From contig CM126205.1 of assembly GCA_052327205.1 (NCBI GenBank), positions 299,956,001 to 300,020,000 on the forward strand: a DNA stretch of 64,000 bases, read 5' to 3'. Positions 48,726 to 60,832 of this stretch are shown here, piece after piece. Position numbers and translations under genes: made by a program. The stretch comes from Somniosus microcephalus. Lineage: Eukaryota. How positions within the stretch are numbered: position 1 is the stretch's first letter; each line of letters begins with the position of its first letter. The notes beneath the pieces are model-generated. The model searched no databases and was not told the DNA's origin. It saw only the letters and a program-made list of their open reading frames with translations.

Positions 48726-51700
48726 CTCCTCTTGCCTTTTTCTTTTCCATTCCTACCCATGGATAAGAATCTGTTTTCTAGTTGATTAATCAGCCAACAA
48801 CTTAATTTAAGGTCATCATTACCAAAGAAAAATTGTAAAGTAAGGATTTGAGTAATGTTTGTGTAAACACAATAGGGTTGAAATTGCCCTGTGTGATATT
48901 AGTAAGGCGCACATTAACGTTTTCATATGAAAATCCTCTGCCCATTTCGAGGGAACAGACAAAAGTTTCAGATGTGGACCCTTCATTAGGACGTTCTGAC
49001 AAAGGGTTCACACTAACTTTCCTGTTCTCTGCACAGATGTTGACAGGGCACTGTCTTAAAGAAATGATATAGTTGGCTGAAATAGCACATGCATGATCAA
49101 ACAAAGATGTCAAATATGGAGGAGAAGTAGTACAGCTTAAAAATAAGCCACCAGGAAAACCTCTGTAATGGTATAATTATTTCACAGTTTATAATTCTCT
49201 TCAATTGTCACTATCTTCCATCATATACACATTACCCTCTTCTATAGGGTTAAATTACACATTGTTTGAATTTCTTTCCAAGAATTCTGTTTCATGGTTA
49301 TCCATTAACTTTATCCTTCAGAAATCTTGAGAGATCTTTGGAGCTCAACGTGAAAGAGTTTTTCTTCTCCATCCAACTTCAATCACATTTACATGCAGCC
49401 TATTTATAAAACCACTCAGTACTTCATTTTGTAGATATATACGTATTGATAGTCTCTTCTGCCATCTCAAGTCTGAAGAGTTTAATAAAAACTACTTTTC
49501 TAAAATGCTTACACAAGATCCTAGTCCAAATGTTGGTGACCGCATTGTTTATTTGCACTGGTGCCTGTGGCTAAGTACGCACATATTCCAAGATTGCAGC
49601 CAATGATTATCTAACAAGACTGGCTGTGAGAAGTGTATTTTACATTGAAACAGGTTGCATCAGCTTTGCTGAAGACAGACAATTTTTTTCCTCAAATAAC
49701 ACAGGTTTTCTGGCTAACTGATATGCTTAAAATGTTTTCAGTGTTAGATGGTAGTTCAATGCTTGTTATTTGGTCTGAAACTTGAGGCGATGAGGATTGG
49801 AACGGATTACTCTATAAGCCCAAATAATCCAAAGTGTCATCAACATAACCGTGTATGTAATGACTAAATAAAACCATCTTAAAGGTGGACAATAATATCA
49901 ATCAACAGCAGGGGGTTAAGTGCTTCAGAAAAAGTGCCATGGCCTGACATTCATTTATCATGCATCATTTTTTGTGTGTGTGGATGCTTGCTTCTAATGT
50001 TCTGAAATTCCTGCACCTTTTCACATTTTAACTGGAGCCGTGAAGACATTTTTTTTGAGTTAGTGATCAGAATAGATTTTAAATTTAAAATTGTGCTGCA
50101 CTTTCTTACGTTGCAATGTTTTGTTTTTCCATTACAAGCTGATGCAGCACATCTTGGTGGTGCTGCCGGCAACAACAAAAAAAAATTAAGGTTATGAAAA
50201 GCTATCATTTACAAAATGTTTCAAATGATGCTGTCGAGCCAGGCTTCACTTCAAAATCAAGTGCTATTTTGCTAAAGGGTGTCAATTTTCTTAAATCCAT
50301 CTATGGGATGATTGCCACACCACTGATTTCAGTTTCAGCGTGGAAAAGGACTGCTGGGACAGTAGATTTAAATTTCACTACTTGGAAAAATTGTAGATCG
50401 AAGGACAAGAACCAAATTGTAATATTAGCAGCATTTCAAATTGCTTTCTGCTGAGGGAATTTTTGAACAGACCACTATCGCGCTCTTTAGTGTGCATCCA
50501 TACTATTCCCAATATATATTTACACTCTATGTGCAACCTGCAACCTGCACTTGCAATGACAAATAGCTTAAAAATGTGTTATTTTTGCTTATGTTTTACT
50601 TCATATTATTTCTCTGTTATAATTTAATATAATCCTTATTGTGACTGTGCACGTCCGCACATTCTCTTTCCGAGGGGAAGCTGTGCAAACGGGTCACAGT
50701 CTTCTCCTTGCCTTTTCACTGCTTTCCCTGCTTGTTTGACAGGAGTCATGCTTGATGAGAAACAATTCAGACAAAGGTGTCCTTTTATTTTCCTGAAGTG
50801 AGGCCATCAATCTTGGATCACATTTTATTTTTGGGTCGATTGATTATGTGTATGCTGGCTGAATACCAGATAAGTTTTTGCACTGAGGCTATAGGATTCA
50901 GAAGCGACAGAGGGGGTTTATGGAATCTAGCTCATATTTTTAGCGATGAAAACAAATAACCTTTGCATTTTGTACAATGTCACATATTCAGTTTCATGGC
51001 GTCAGAAAGCATCTTGAAATGGTGCATACTTTGTTGAACATTTGTGTGAGAAGATTATGCTTTCTGCACTTCAAATGAGAGGAAGGCATAGATCATCTAA
51101 ACTCAGGCAGAATGGCGATTAAATTACAAATACACAAGTTCCTTGACCTTTTTTTTACAGGCGCTGTTTTCTGGCAGCACCATTGTTAACACAGATTTGT
51201 TTCTCTAAACATTACATTACGCCAGTAAAGAAAGAAAAGTTAACACTGTTTGATCTCTGTCCTTAATAGGGACAAGTGCTTAAAATGCTTACTTTTTTTG
51301 AAGAAGCTTTTGCATTTTTTTTAAATGGTGGGGAATAGCCCAGATTTCTCTGCCCCTACATTCTTCACTACAGTGGCTGTTGCACAGCAGTGGGCTGGAA
51401 GTCCCATCACATTCTACCCTAACTATTTACATGAAAATACAAAACATTGCAGCGGAAATCCATAAAGGGTTCATCGATCCATAAATATAATAGTAATATT
51501 TATCAGCTCTCAACTCAATTGTTCATCCTTGTTTCTCATCAGTTCTTTATTTTAAATAGTTTGATTAGAATGAAGGTTGCCGCTTTCCCGCTACACGCTT
51601 AGACAATTGTCTTTTGAGGAACTAAGCTGTTATCTCAGATGATGATTCCAGATAGCTCCAGAATTTAACAGCGTAACGTGACATTTTGTTGTTACAGGAA

Positions 51701-52240
51701 GATCAATTAGAAATGGTAAATAGTTTAGTTGGTGTAATTTCAGAAATCTCATTAAGTCTCAACATGAAAAGCAGCTTAATCCCAGATTAAACCAGAACAA
51801 TAAATATGACTGAGATTCTGATGAGTCATATTATTGCTGAAACATTGCAACTGGCTGGCAGTGGAGATAAAATTATGCTTATTTGTGTGACTACAATGTT
51901 TTGAATGGGGCAGTAGTTTTTAGTACGGACCATTCCATCTCCCAACAATCAAAGTGCATATCTTGGCAACTAGAATATGCATTTAAACCTCACCTGATCC
52001 ACAGATATAACCTGATCCACAGAAATAAGCAAAAATCCAATTGTTACCTTGTTACATTGTACCCTGTTCAAGGGTGTTCCATGCACAGTCTGTCACTCCA
52101 AATGGAGGAGATGCCAAGGAAAACAAGCATATTCCTCAATTGATTTTGTTATAAACTTCAATATAACAGAAATACTTAACACTGAAGTCTGTGAAAGAGC
52201 TCCTAACCAATGTAGTGTCTTCATGGACTCATCATTCCAT

Positions 52241-52345
52241 ACATAGAATTACATAGAATTTGCAGCACAGAAACAGGTCATTCAGCCCAACTGGTCTGTG
52301 CGTCACATGAGCCTCCCCCGACCCTACTTCATCTAACCCTGTACC
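52241..52345 (-). mobile_element. CR1 3' tail fragment
   Basis: (ACATAGAATT)2 followed by cagcacagaaacaggtcattcagccc, matching the tail at 2880. Confidence 0.7.
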
Positions 52346-53049
52346 TAATGTCCACATTCACTGCAGGTGATGGGGGGTAGGCAACGGGAGGGGTGGGGGA
52401 CACTGAGTACAGGCGTAAACCTGCTGAGATTTTCCCTTTAAACTTTATGTAACCTTACAACCTGCAACAAAAATGAATTTCCAGTGATGGATTTTAAGAA
52501 ATACACATTTATATTCTACACTAATGAGAAAATCTCTCCAATTCATGGTGTCCCTGGAATAAACTAAAAGAACCAGAAAGAAAATGGACACAGTTTTGCA
52601 ACCGGAATAGTGCTTCTCAAACGGATTGAAGATCTGCTGAGAAATTTAGTGACATTAAAGAAATGTTCAAAGTCTTTTTTATAAAATTCTGCTTACAACA
52701 TTTGCGATGATTCCCACACATTAAATACAATACCGCTTGTCAGAATGTAATTAAAGCAGTACCATAAAATACGCTCCAAAAATGTAACTATAGAGCTAAA
52801 AAAGGAAGGAAAATATAAGGTGAGCACATTTTGTTCAGAAGAAAACATTCATCTTATCTGAAATTGCTGTGACATTTTCTTTTAAAGCATCCAATTTATT
52901 GCTGACATGGAGATCTCTTGTGCCCTGCAAAATTGCTACAGTGGTGTCAATTATGGGAAAAATCATAGATTTGGGGAAAGGGGGGTGACCTGATCTGAGA
53001 GCCACTCCAGAGTGTCCTAATCCAGTGAAACCATGCCACTGGCTAAGTA

Positions 53050-53271
53050 ACAACAGAAAATGCTGGAAAAACTCAGCAGGTCAGGCAACATCCGTGGAGA
53101 GAAATTTGAGTTGACGTTTCGGGTTGGACCCTTCTTCAAAAGTTTTGAAGAAGGGTCCTACCCGAAACGTCAACTCAAATTTCTCTCCACGGATGTTGCC
53201 TGACCTGCTGAGTTTTTCCAGCATTTTCTGTTGTTATTTCGGATTTCCAACATCTGCAGTATTTTGCTATC
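53050..53271. mobile_element. Foldback Penelope-LTR-like retro-insertion with hammerhead-like motifs and a 14-bp TSD
   Basis: 94-bp inverted arms around 53142 with one mismatch. CCACTGGCTAAGTA occurs at 53036-53049 and 53272-53285. Confidence 0.85.
53141..53175 (+). ncRNA. Minimal type I hammerhead-ribozyme-like motif (C3>U variant, probably impaired)
   Basis: AGTT-TTGAAGA-A-GGGT(CCT)ACCC-GAAA-CG-TC-AACT gives stem I, a CUGANGA-like core, stem II, GAAA and a GUC cleavage triplet. Confidence 0.6.
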
Positions 53272-54362
53272 CCACTGGCTAAGTATACAGGTTCCCCAGC
53301 CTTTAGTGTGGTTGCTCAGTTAAGCAGGCCATGGAATAGCCTTTAGGCCGTTTAAAAGATACACCATTTGCAATGGAGTCTCTTTGGATCAATCTCTTCA
53401 ACAAAAGCAGCCTTAGCAGAGTGTGAGACCTGACTTGGAGATAAATGGCAGGCAGGAAGAGTATGTTCTCATATGAAAAGGGGAGATACTTTGAAGAAAA
53501 ACAAGATTAACTAAATAGTCCTAGATTTTCAATGTAGAGTACCCCAGAGTATTTGGCATTCTTCACTGTGTTTACCATTAATTTCAATGGAGTAAATTGC
53601 ATGATAAAATGATATGGAGTTGTTGAACTGAAAAAAGCATTCATATCATGGCCACAGAGAGTTTCTAAAGAGTTTCTCTATGCTGCCCCTGCCTAAGGTT
53701 AGTGTTACACAACGTACCTTATAGATTGAACATCTGTAAGTGTGGATTTTCTGATTGGGTTCATCCAATTTGAGCACGCAAATTGGGTAAACCCAATTGC
53801 GAAGTGGGGCTAAGGTCCATTATGCCAGATCTCTGCTCACTATTGCACCTTCCTCATTTTCCACCATCATATTCACCGAGTGTAGGAAGCACCTGCCCAT
53901 TTTTGTGCGCATGTATACAAATTAGGTGAAAATACCACAATGGTATCATGCCTGTTATTTTTTGTCATTTCTACATCATTTGCATTATCTCATTTTCTTG
54001 CTTATAGAATATGGGTGTCCAAGATCGCTAGGTGATGAGGAGATTGCAGAAAGTCTATTTAAAGAGTGCAGCAGGGAAACTGTTACTAAAAATGTTATTT
54101 CTGGACCATTTTTCTGTTTTATTTTCTATGTCTTTCTACTTTTCGTCTGGACTTGTGGCATTTGCTGTAAGGCTGCCTTCTTTCTCCAACTAGCTGATAG
54201 TGGGCACAATGAGTTTCCCAATGGGAATCTTCCTGTAACTATATTAGCTGATGAAGGAGGAGCAATAGCGGATACACCAGTCAGGTAAGACAGTACCACG
54301 GGGTGTTCTGTGCCTACCCGTCAGTACTTGCATACCCACATCTACAGACAAAGGCACACATA

Positions 54363-54666
54363 CAGGAAACTCTCTTTTAACCGGCAAAATTTAGGAGTAG
54401 GTTCAGGTAAGTTTTAATTCATATTAGTGGCAGTTCCTGGATCTGTGGCTGTGTAACTGGGGTTCATGCACTTGTTGCTAAGCAACAGGGATGCTTGGTC
54501 TGTGGCCGGAGTTCCTACACATGTTGCTAAGCAACAGGGAAGCCTGGAATTGTTGCTGTGTATGGAGCTCTCGTACCTTTTAAACTATACCTCTCTATAA
54601 TCCGAACTTTTTGATAAATCGGCACCACGCCGGTCCCGTTGGTGCCGGATAATAAAGAGTTTCCTG
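54363..54666. mobile_element. pogo/Tigger-like MITE, opposite orientation to the 22120 copy
   Basis: TA|CAGGAAACTCT ... AGAGTTTCCTG|TA. Confidence 0.82.
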
Positions 54667-54966
54667 TATCTTGTTTTGGCATGCAGAGCCTCCTAATCCC
54701 ACAGGAAGCTGGGACAACAGATTGGATGGCGTAAATAGGATATATGAATGCCTGATTGACTATAATACTAGATTTTTTTTCAGAAGCACTTCAATCTCAG
54801 TATGTTATGCTTTCAGTGCTACATCATAAAAGGAGACATGCCAGGCTGATCACTGGGCACCATAACCTGATTAGTCATACTGAGCTAGGCATCACCAAAC
54901 ATACGTTACAGGCATTGTTGCACCTATCGGGCAACAGCCTTGAAGAGCTATCCTCACAGAGTCTTA

Positions 54967-55776
54967 GGCCGCGATTTTATTAATGGAGGCATGTTGAGTG
55001 CGGGTCAGCTGGTTTCCAGCTTCCAGTCCCACCCCCAGCTGCTTCATCTCCACAGACGTGATTTTGCCGTGATTGACTTTGTTAAGCCTGCCCTGCGGGC
55101 TTGCCGGGCAATTAACAGGAAGCAGGTCAAATGACATCATTTGATGACGCGTCATCTGCTGGTTTCCTTAAAGGGACCACACACAATTTTATTTTGACAG
55201 TTGATTTCTCAGTGTTTGACAGCATTGAGGTGCTGAAAACACTGGTAATCACTGCACAAAGGTGACCTCTTGCACCCAGGCTCTCCAATGACTCCCTCCA
55301 TAGGCTGGAATAGATGGCAGCTGGTGAGCGAGGTTCTCCCAATGAGGTGGCACTGGACATGGATTTTAAAACTTGTAAGCTAAAGGTATCTGTAAATGTA
55401 TTAAAAATGCAGTACCCAACATTTTCTTTCCTCTGAGACACACCAGTGCACCATTGGATCCTTCACACCACTTCTGCGGCTGTCATCAATCCAGAAACAT
55501 TACAGCAGACTCACAACACGCCACACTTACCTGGCGTGGTGTCCGGATGTCAGGAAACCCGAGCCAAAAGCGGCAAAATCCAAAAATAGGCTGACAACTA
55601 ATTGCCTTTAATCCGTTTGCAGCTGCTAGGTGCATTCGCAAATTGGGGACACGACACTTGGGAAAGCTGTTTGGAGGCAGGTTGATGGCAGGATGGGAAC
55701 CCGCCGTCAATCAAAATGAATTTAACCTATGACCCGCCTCCAAACCCACCCTCTGAACGCCGGCAAAATCGCGGCC
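54967..55776. mobile_element. Non-autonomous PIF/Harbinger element, TSD TTA
   Basis: Perfect 12-bp TIR GGCCGCGATTTT / AAAATCGCGGCC, with the canonical TTA duplication. Confidence 0.88.
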
Positions 55777-58700
55777 TTAATCATCAGAGAGCTAGATGCA
55801 GAACTGCAGCTACCATGCAGCATAGGGCTGCCACAGCCCATGATTGTATCAGTCAGCCGCAGCCTCAAGCCTGCTTCCACTTTCTCCGCGGCATGCTATT
55901 GTCCTGATCTATGAGGATGATGCTTAGGAGTGGCAAATATTGCCACCTTCCTCGTTACCACATCCTGCAGCATCACCTCCACTTCAGTAGCCATGAGTTT
56001 TGAGCTGCACCGTCACTTACTGCAAACACATGCCTGCACATTTTGTCTGTCACTTCTTAGACCTCGCCCGCTTCAACCTTGGCAAAGGTTGCCAATGGAT
56101 TTAAATGCCGAGCCTTTCCAAAACCTGTTAAAAAAAAAAAAAAATTCTGCTACTTTTCTTCAATTGTTTGCATCTCTTCCAATTTCACGACATGGAATTT
56201 TCCACTCTGATCATCACTCGTGTAGTTCCTGTTCATATTCAAATCTACACCGTAAACAGTGCATAATTATCATAATGAGCTGTCCATGGAAATTGTATAC
56301 AAACACCACACTTCAATTCAGGTGAGCTTTGTACGCATTTTTCCATCCATTCTGGTATAAACTACACCCATATCAGGAAATCTAACCTGTAGTGCTTCAA
56401 ATGACATAACTTTGAAATGTTCTATTTTTCAACATTTGCGCTAAAGCACATTTCAGTGTTTTAACTGAATTGCAACCAGATTTTCAACAAAACTATTTGG
56501 TGGCTTTTCACTAAAAAGAGCAGACAAATCCAAACCTGAATCTAACTTTGATATTGAATCATTTAAACTTAAGTTGAGCTTTAATCTACATGAATCTTTT
56601 TGAAACATCTGTTTCCTGTTGTTCTGTTTTAATAACCTCTTTCACTGTAGTCTCTTGTCAAATAGAATTCACACATGGAGTACAGAACTAATGGTATTAA
56701 AATGGCAGTTCAAAATTATACAGCCAAATAATAAATTCCTTTTGAATTGCATAAAATAAAAAAAACCTTGAATTTTAATAGACTACATTTGTCTGAGGAA
56801 TACTGGATTTGTTTGAAAATGCAAAGAAAGCTTCCAAGATGAGAATTTTTTCTTAACTTCAACAAATACTGACATTTAGGAAAATATGGCATGTAGTAAT
56901 GTCAAAACCCCAAAGCCAGTAATTTCTCCTGATTAGGTTCTCCTGATCATCTGATGAAAGAAAGAAAGAGTTTAATGTCTCATCTAAAAGATGGTACCTG
57001 TGACACTGCAGAACTGTCGAAGGTGCATTCCCTGAGTACTGCAGTGCAGCAAGTTAACATACGGTTCTTCACCTGAGAGCTAGGATTGAATCCAACACAG
57101 AATAATGGGACAATATTTCCAATTTTCTCTGACTTGAAACAGTTTCTTCTATGTCAAATGGTTTGGGCGGTCCTAGTTCCTCATTGCATGTTATCAGAAC
57201 AAAGCTGATGCTAATTTGGTAATAATAGGCACATAAATGAGCAATCTCTTGCAGATAGGCCACAGGGGTGGCTGGTTTAGGGAAATAGAAATGTAATTCT
57301 GATATAATAGGGTTGTTCTTCTCACTTTGGAGCTAAGGCACATTCTTTGGGACAGAATACAGGTGAACTTGATATGGTAGCTGGTTACTCTATGCCTGCA
57401 CTGGGAATGCTTGGTGCTGACACTGGGTACCTGGAAGTTACATCCCTTTGCTGTGGTTTGAAGAATAACATAAGTGTATAAACTAAATATGTCTGCCTAT
57501 TTGCGACACTTATAGAAATGTACCTCTTGATGTAATAAAACAGGGGGGTTATAGAATTTATCCAGTCCAGTGCTAATCTATCAAGTAAAAGACTAATATG
57601 TTGAACAACAAATGATAGTGAGTTCCAGAACACTTTCCCTTTAAATTCTTTTCACGTAATGTCATTGTCTGGTGATTCCATATTTTTTTTTAACTCCTTT
57701 TTAAGCACTTTTACAATTTGATTGTTATCCAATATCCTTGCTATTTTAGATCCACACAACTTATTTGAGCCTTTGAGCTTTTAAGTCAATGTATTAACCC
57801 CAATTTAAATCTAATGTGGATAGCTAATGTAATTTGTGTCAAAGCTTTCCTCGTTTCACCTTTCTGCTTTAAAGCCTCTGTTTGGGAGCTAGTTTGGTTC
57901 AGTCCTGTGCTCTTTACATTACTGGGATGTCTGAACACAATCTGTCCTAAAGCTGTGATGTTGGAGTTAACTCTACATGGTTTGCTGCTTCTACAGTTTG
58001 CATTATAATAGATACTATGTCATTTATAAACCAGTAAAGTGTTGCCAAGCCAGGTTGCAATTGTGTCCTTGAACAATGAGTTCCTTGAGATCTTACATCA
58101 CAGTCGACAATAACACCAAAGCCCTCTCTCATGTTACCTCAACTTACAACTGCCAACTAAACAGTCACCCCATGTTCCCAGATTTAGTTTTATTTTCTTG
58201 AATTGTTTTACTATTTAACATTAATTTTAAAAAATCTGGTAGTGAGTTAGAGGCTGTAATGCAGCTTTAGGGTTCAGATGGCAATCAAATACTACTTGAG
58301 TTACACATTTAATTTATTTAAGTTATCAAATTGAAATTGTACCCCTGTACTCACACTCAAGGTTTAATTTGCCAGCATGTTGTGTTTTACCTACAAATGT
58401 GTTTTTTTTTTCTATAAACTTTCCATTTCAAGGATAACATGGGGCCAATTTCCATCTTCACCCCTTGGGTAGTAATCTGGAAGAACGGTTCGCCCACCTG
58501 TTACAGAACCCGTCCAATATTCATTCCATTAGAATTTATGGAAGGTTTTATTTTGCTGTTCAAAGGTGAAGAGAGATTTAGCTCAGTTTGAAGTTTTGGC
58601 CTTGGACAGATTAGAGAAGGTTCTGGATAGTCATCCTAACCCCGGCTTTTAACTTAGAGTAAAAGTAAATAGGACAAAAATGGAAAAGGTTTGTATCCCA

Positions 58701-59777
58701 GATTTAGCCCCACCAGAAATACCAAATGTGATGAATAGCTTTAATCGGTTCTGCAAGTATAAGTTCAGAGCAGGACTGTTTGAAATAAATGGGTTCACAA
58801 TGATCATTTCCTTCCTTACCTTGTTCTTGAACTCATACCAGGAGTTACTGGAAAAAATTTGCTATTTTTATACACATCCTGTCTACTCATACTTAAAGTT
58901 TAGAGGAAATGAAAATAATAAAAGGTATCATGTCACTGTGAACATGGCTGGTTTAAGTTGTGATTTTCTGTCTAAACTCCATTTTGATTTCAAACTTTAA
59001 AAAAAAATACAATGGTCATGTTGCTTTGTTAGCAATTCAAAAGAAAATGAATAAAACATAAACATTTCCATCACAAAGTGATTTCTGTGATGTTGCCACA
59101 ACTTATATTCGCTTGTAATACTTTTGTTCTTGAGCCACATTAAGGAGTGGAATGAATGGAGGACTCTCTGTGGAAAACTAGAATATGGAATTTATTTCAT
59201 GAGTGAGGAAGACCTTGATAACTCACGAGTGGCAAAGTCATGAATAAGTGATCCTGATCTTTCTTTTGACTGGTATAAATTCACTGCTCCATGGCTCCCC
59301 TTTGAAATTTCTGGTTATGCAACTCGTAATTTTTTTTGAAATTTCTCATTTACCTAATTATGATAAGGACAGTTATAAACATGAAGAGTGTTTTAAGGCT
59401 GGTCCCAGTTTAGCTGAACTGCCTTTCATTTCTTTCCTATAGTCCATTACTGCCATCTTGAAAATCACCTTTCAGGGATGAGAAATGGCATTTGTGCAGC
59501 AATTTCAATCCAAAATGGAACATAGTTCAGCCCTGAGTCATTGAGCTAAGGTTTCAGCTCTGTGGCTCCACATGAAGGAAAACTGGTTATATCTTCTTTA
59601 AACCTGAAATGTGTCGGCTGTATCGAATTAAAGTACTGCACTACCACTTCAGTTCCATACAGTGGCTGAAATGTTTTTTAAGAGTATATTCATTTTTTTT
59701 TAGTTCTTTTATTATTTCAGGTAACTGAGCTAAGACACTGCCCTTGCCTGTGAAGTGTAACAATGTGCTGACATTCA

Positions 59778-59980
59778 AGCAGCATCTGTGGAGAGAGAAA
59801 CCTTTTAGGTCGATGACCTTTCATGAGAACTGAAGAAATCTTCCAGTTTTTGACGAAAGGTCATCACCCTGAAACGTTAACTCTGTTTCTCTCTCCACAG
59901 ATGCTGTCTGACCTGCGTATTTCCAGCATTTTCTGTTTTTATTGCAAATTTCCAGCATCTGCAATATTTTGCTTTTGCTG
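59778..59980. mobile_element. Foldback Penelope-LTR-like element, older copy
   Basis: Inverted arms. It contains ttgacga-a-aggtcatcaccct-gaaa-cgttaact and the same 3' tail as the 53050 and 18205 copies. Confidence 0.75.
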
Positions 59981-60832
59981 CTTTTTCAGCCAAGGTAACC
60001 CGTGTCTAGAGTTTTTTTTAGCATTTTCAAAATGACAACAAATGTAGCGACAGTTATATTCCTCATTAGTGAGCAGTGTTGCGAAATGTTTTTAATAGTT
60101 CAGACCCATGATTTTTTTAAATATAAACTTGGCGAATTTTAAGTTTTAGATCATTAAAGGCAGCAAGAAACTGAAGGAGTAAGAGATTGGTGCTGCGGTT
60201 CATTATTTCTCAGTTTGCCAGCATTGGAAAGTAGCTAGCCCCTTGTTAGTTGCTGAATGGAATTTACCAATCCTGCATTTGAGATAACAAAGATTTATCA
60301 TGTAGTCATAGACCTTATGAGCTGTATAAACAGCTGAAAACGAAGGGCTGATAATTTGCTTGTCCTCCAAACTTGTGGACTGCATATAGTGGAGATGTGT
60401 TGAGGTAAAACCTCATTAATACTAATTCATGGAGGCCAGCACATGAAACTTATTAAGAGTTAGTCATATTGATTTTTCAACTCTTCTACTTATTCCTACG
60501 GAGATTTAGCCACACAATGCACTTACAATAATGAGGTTTATTCAATGAATTTTATTTCAAATTATGTCCTGTACTTTATGAAAACGGTACCTTCTGGGGT
60601 TTGATCAGATGCAATTCATATGGATGGACAAAATAGTTGGTTTAAACACCACCAAAGGAAATAAACATAAATGCATCTTGCCCATAAATTTGCACTTTTT
60701 ATAGGAACTTATCCACATATTTCCAACAAAAGAATAAAATGAGAAAATTGTGCTTACTATTCTTGGGAGGGAGAAGGAGAAGGGGAGGAGATTTCCTCTG
60801 TTTTGTAAATGCAAGTGCAGCTGTGAATAGGG

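Noticed and set aside
53050-53271. Classical MITE or miRNA precursor
   Set aside because: The 14-bp TSD, the asymmetric tail and the variable arm ends among copies do not fit a TIR DNA transposon. The stem is much longer than a typical pre-miRNA.
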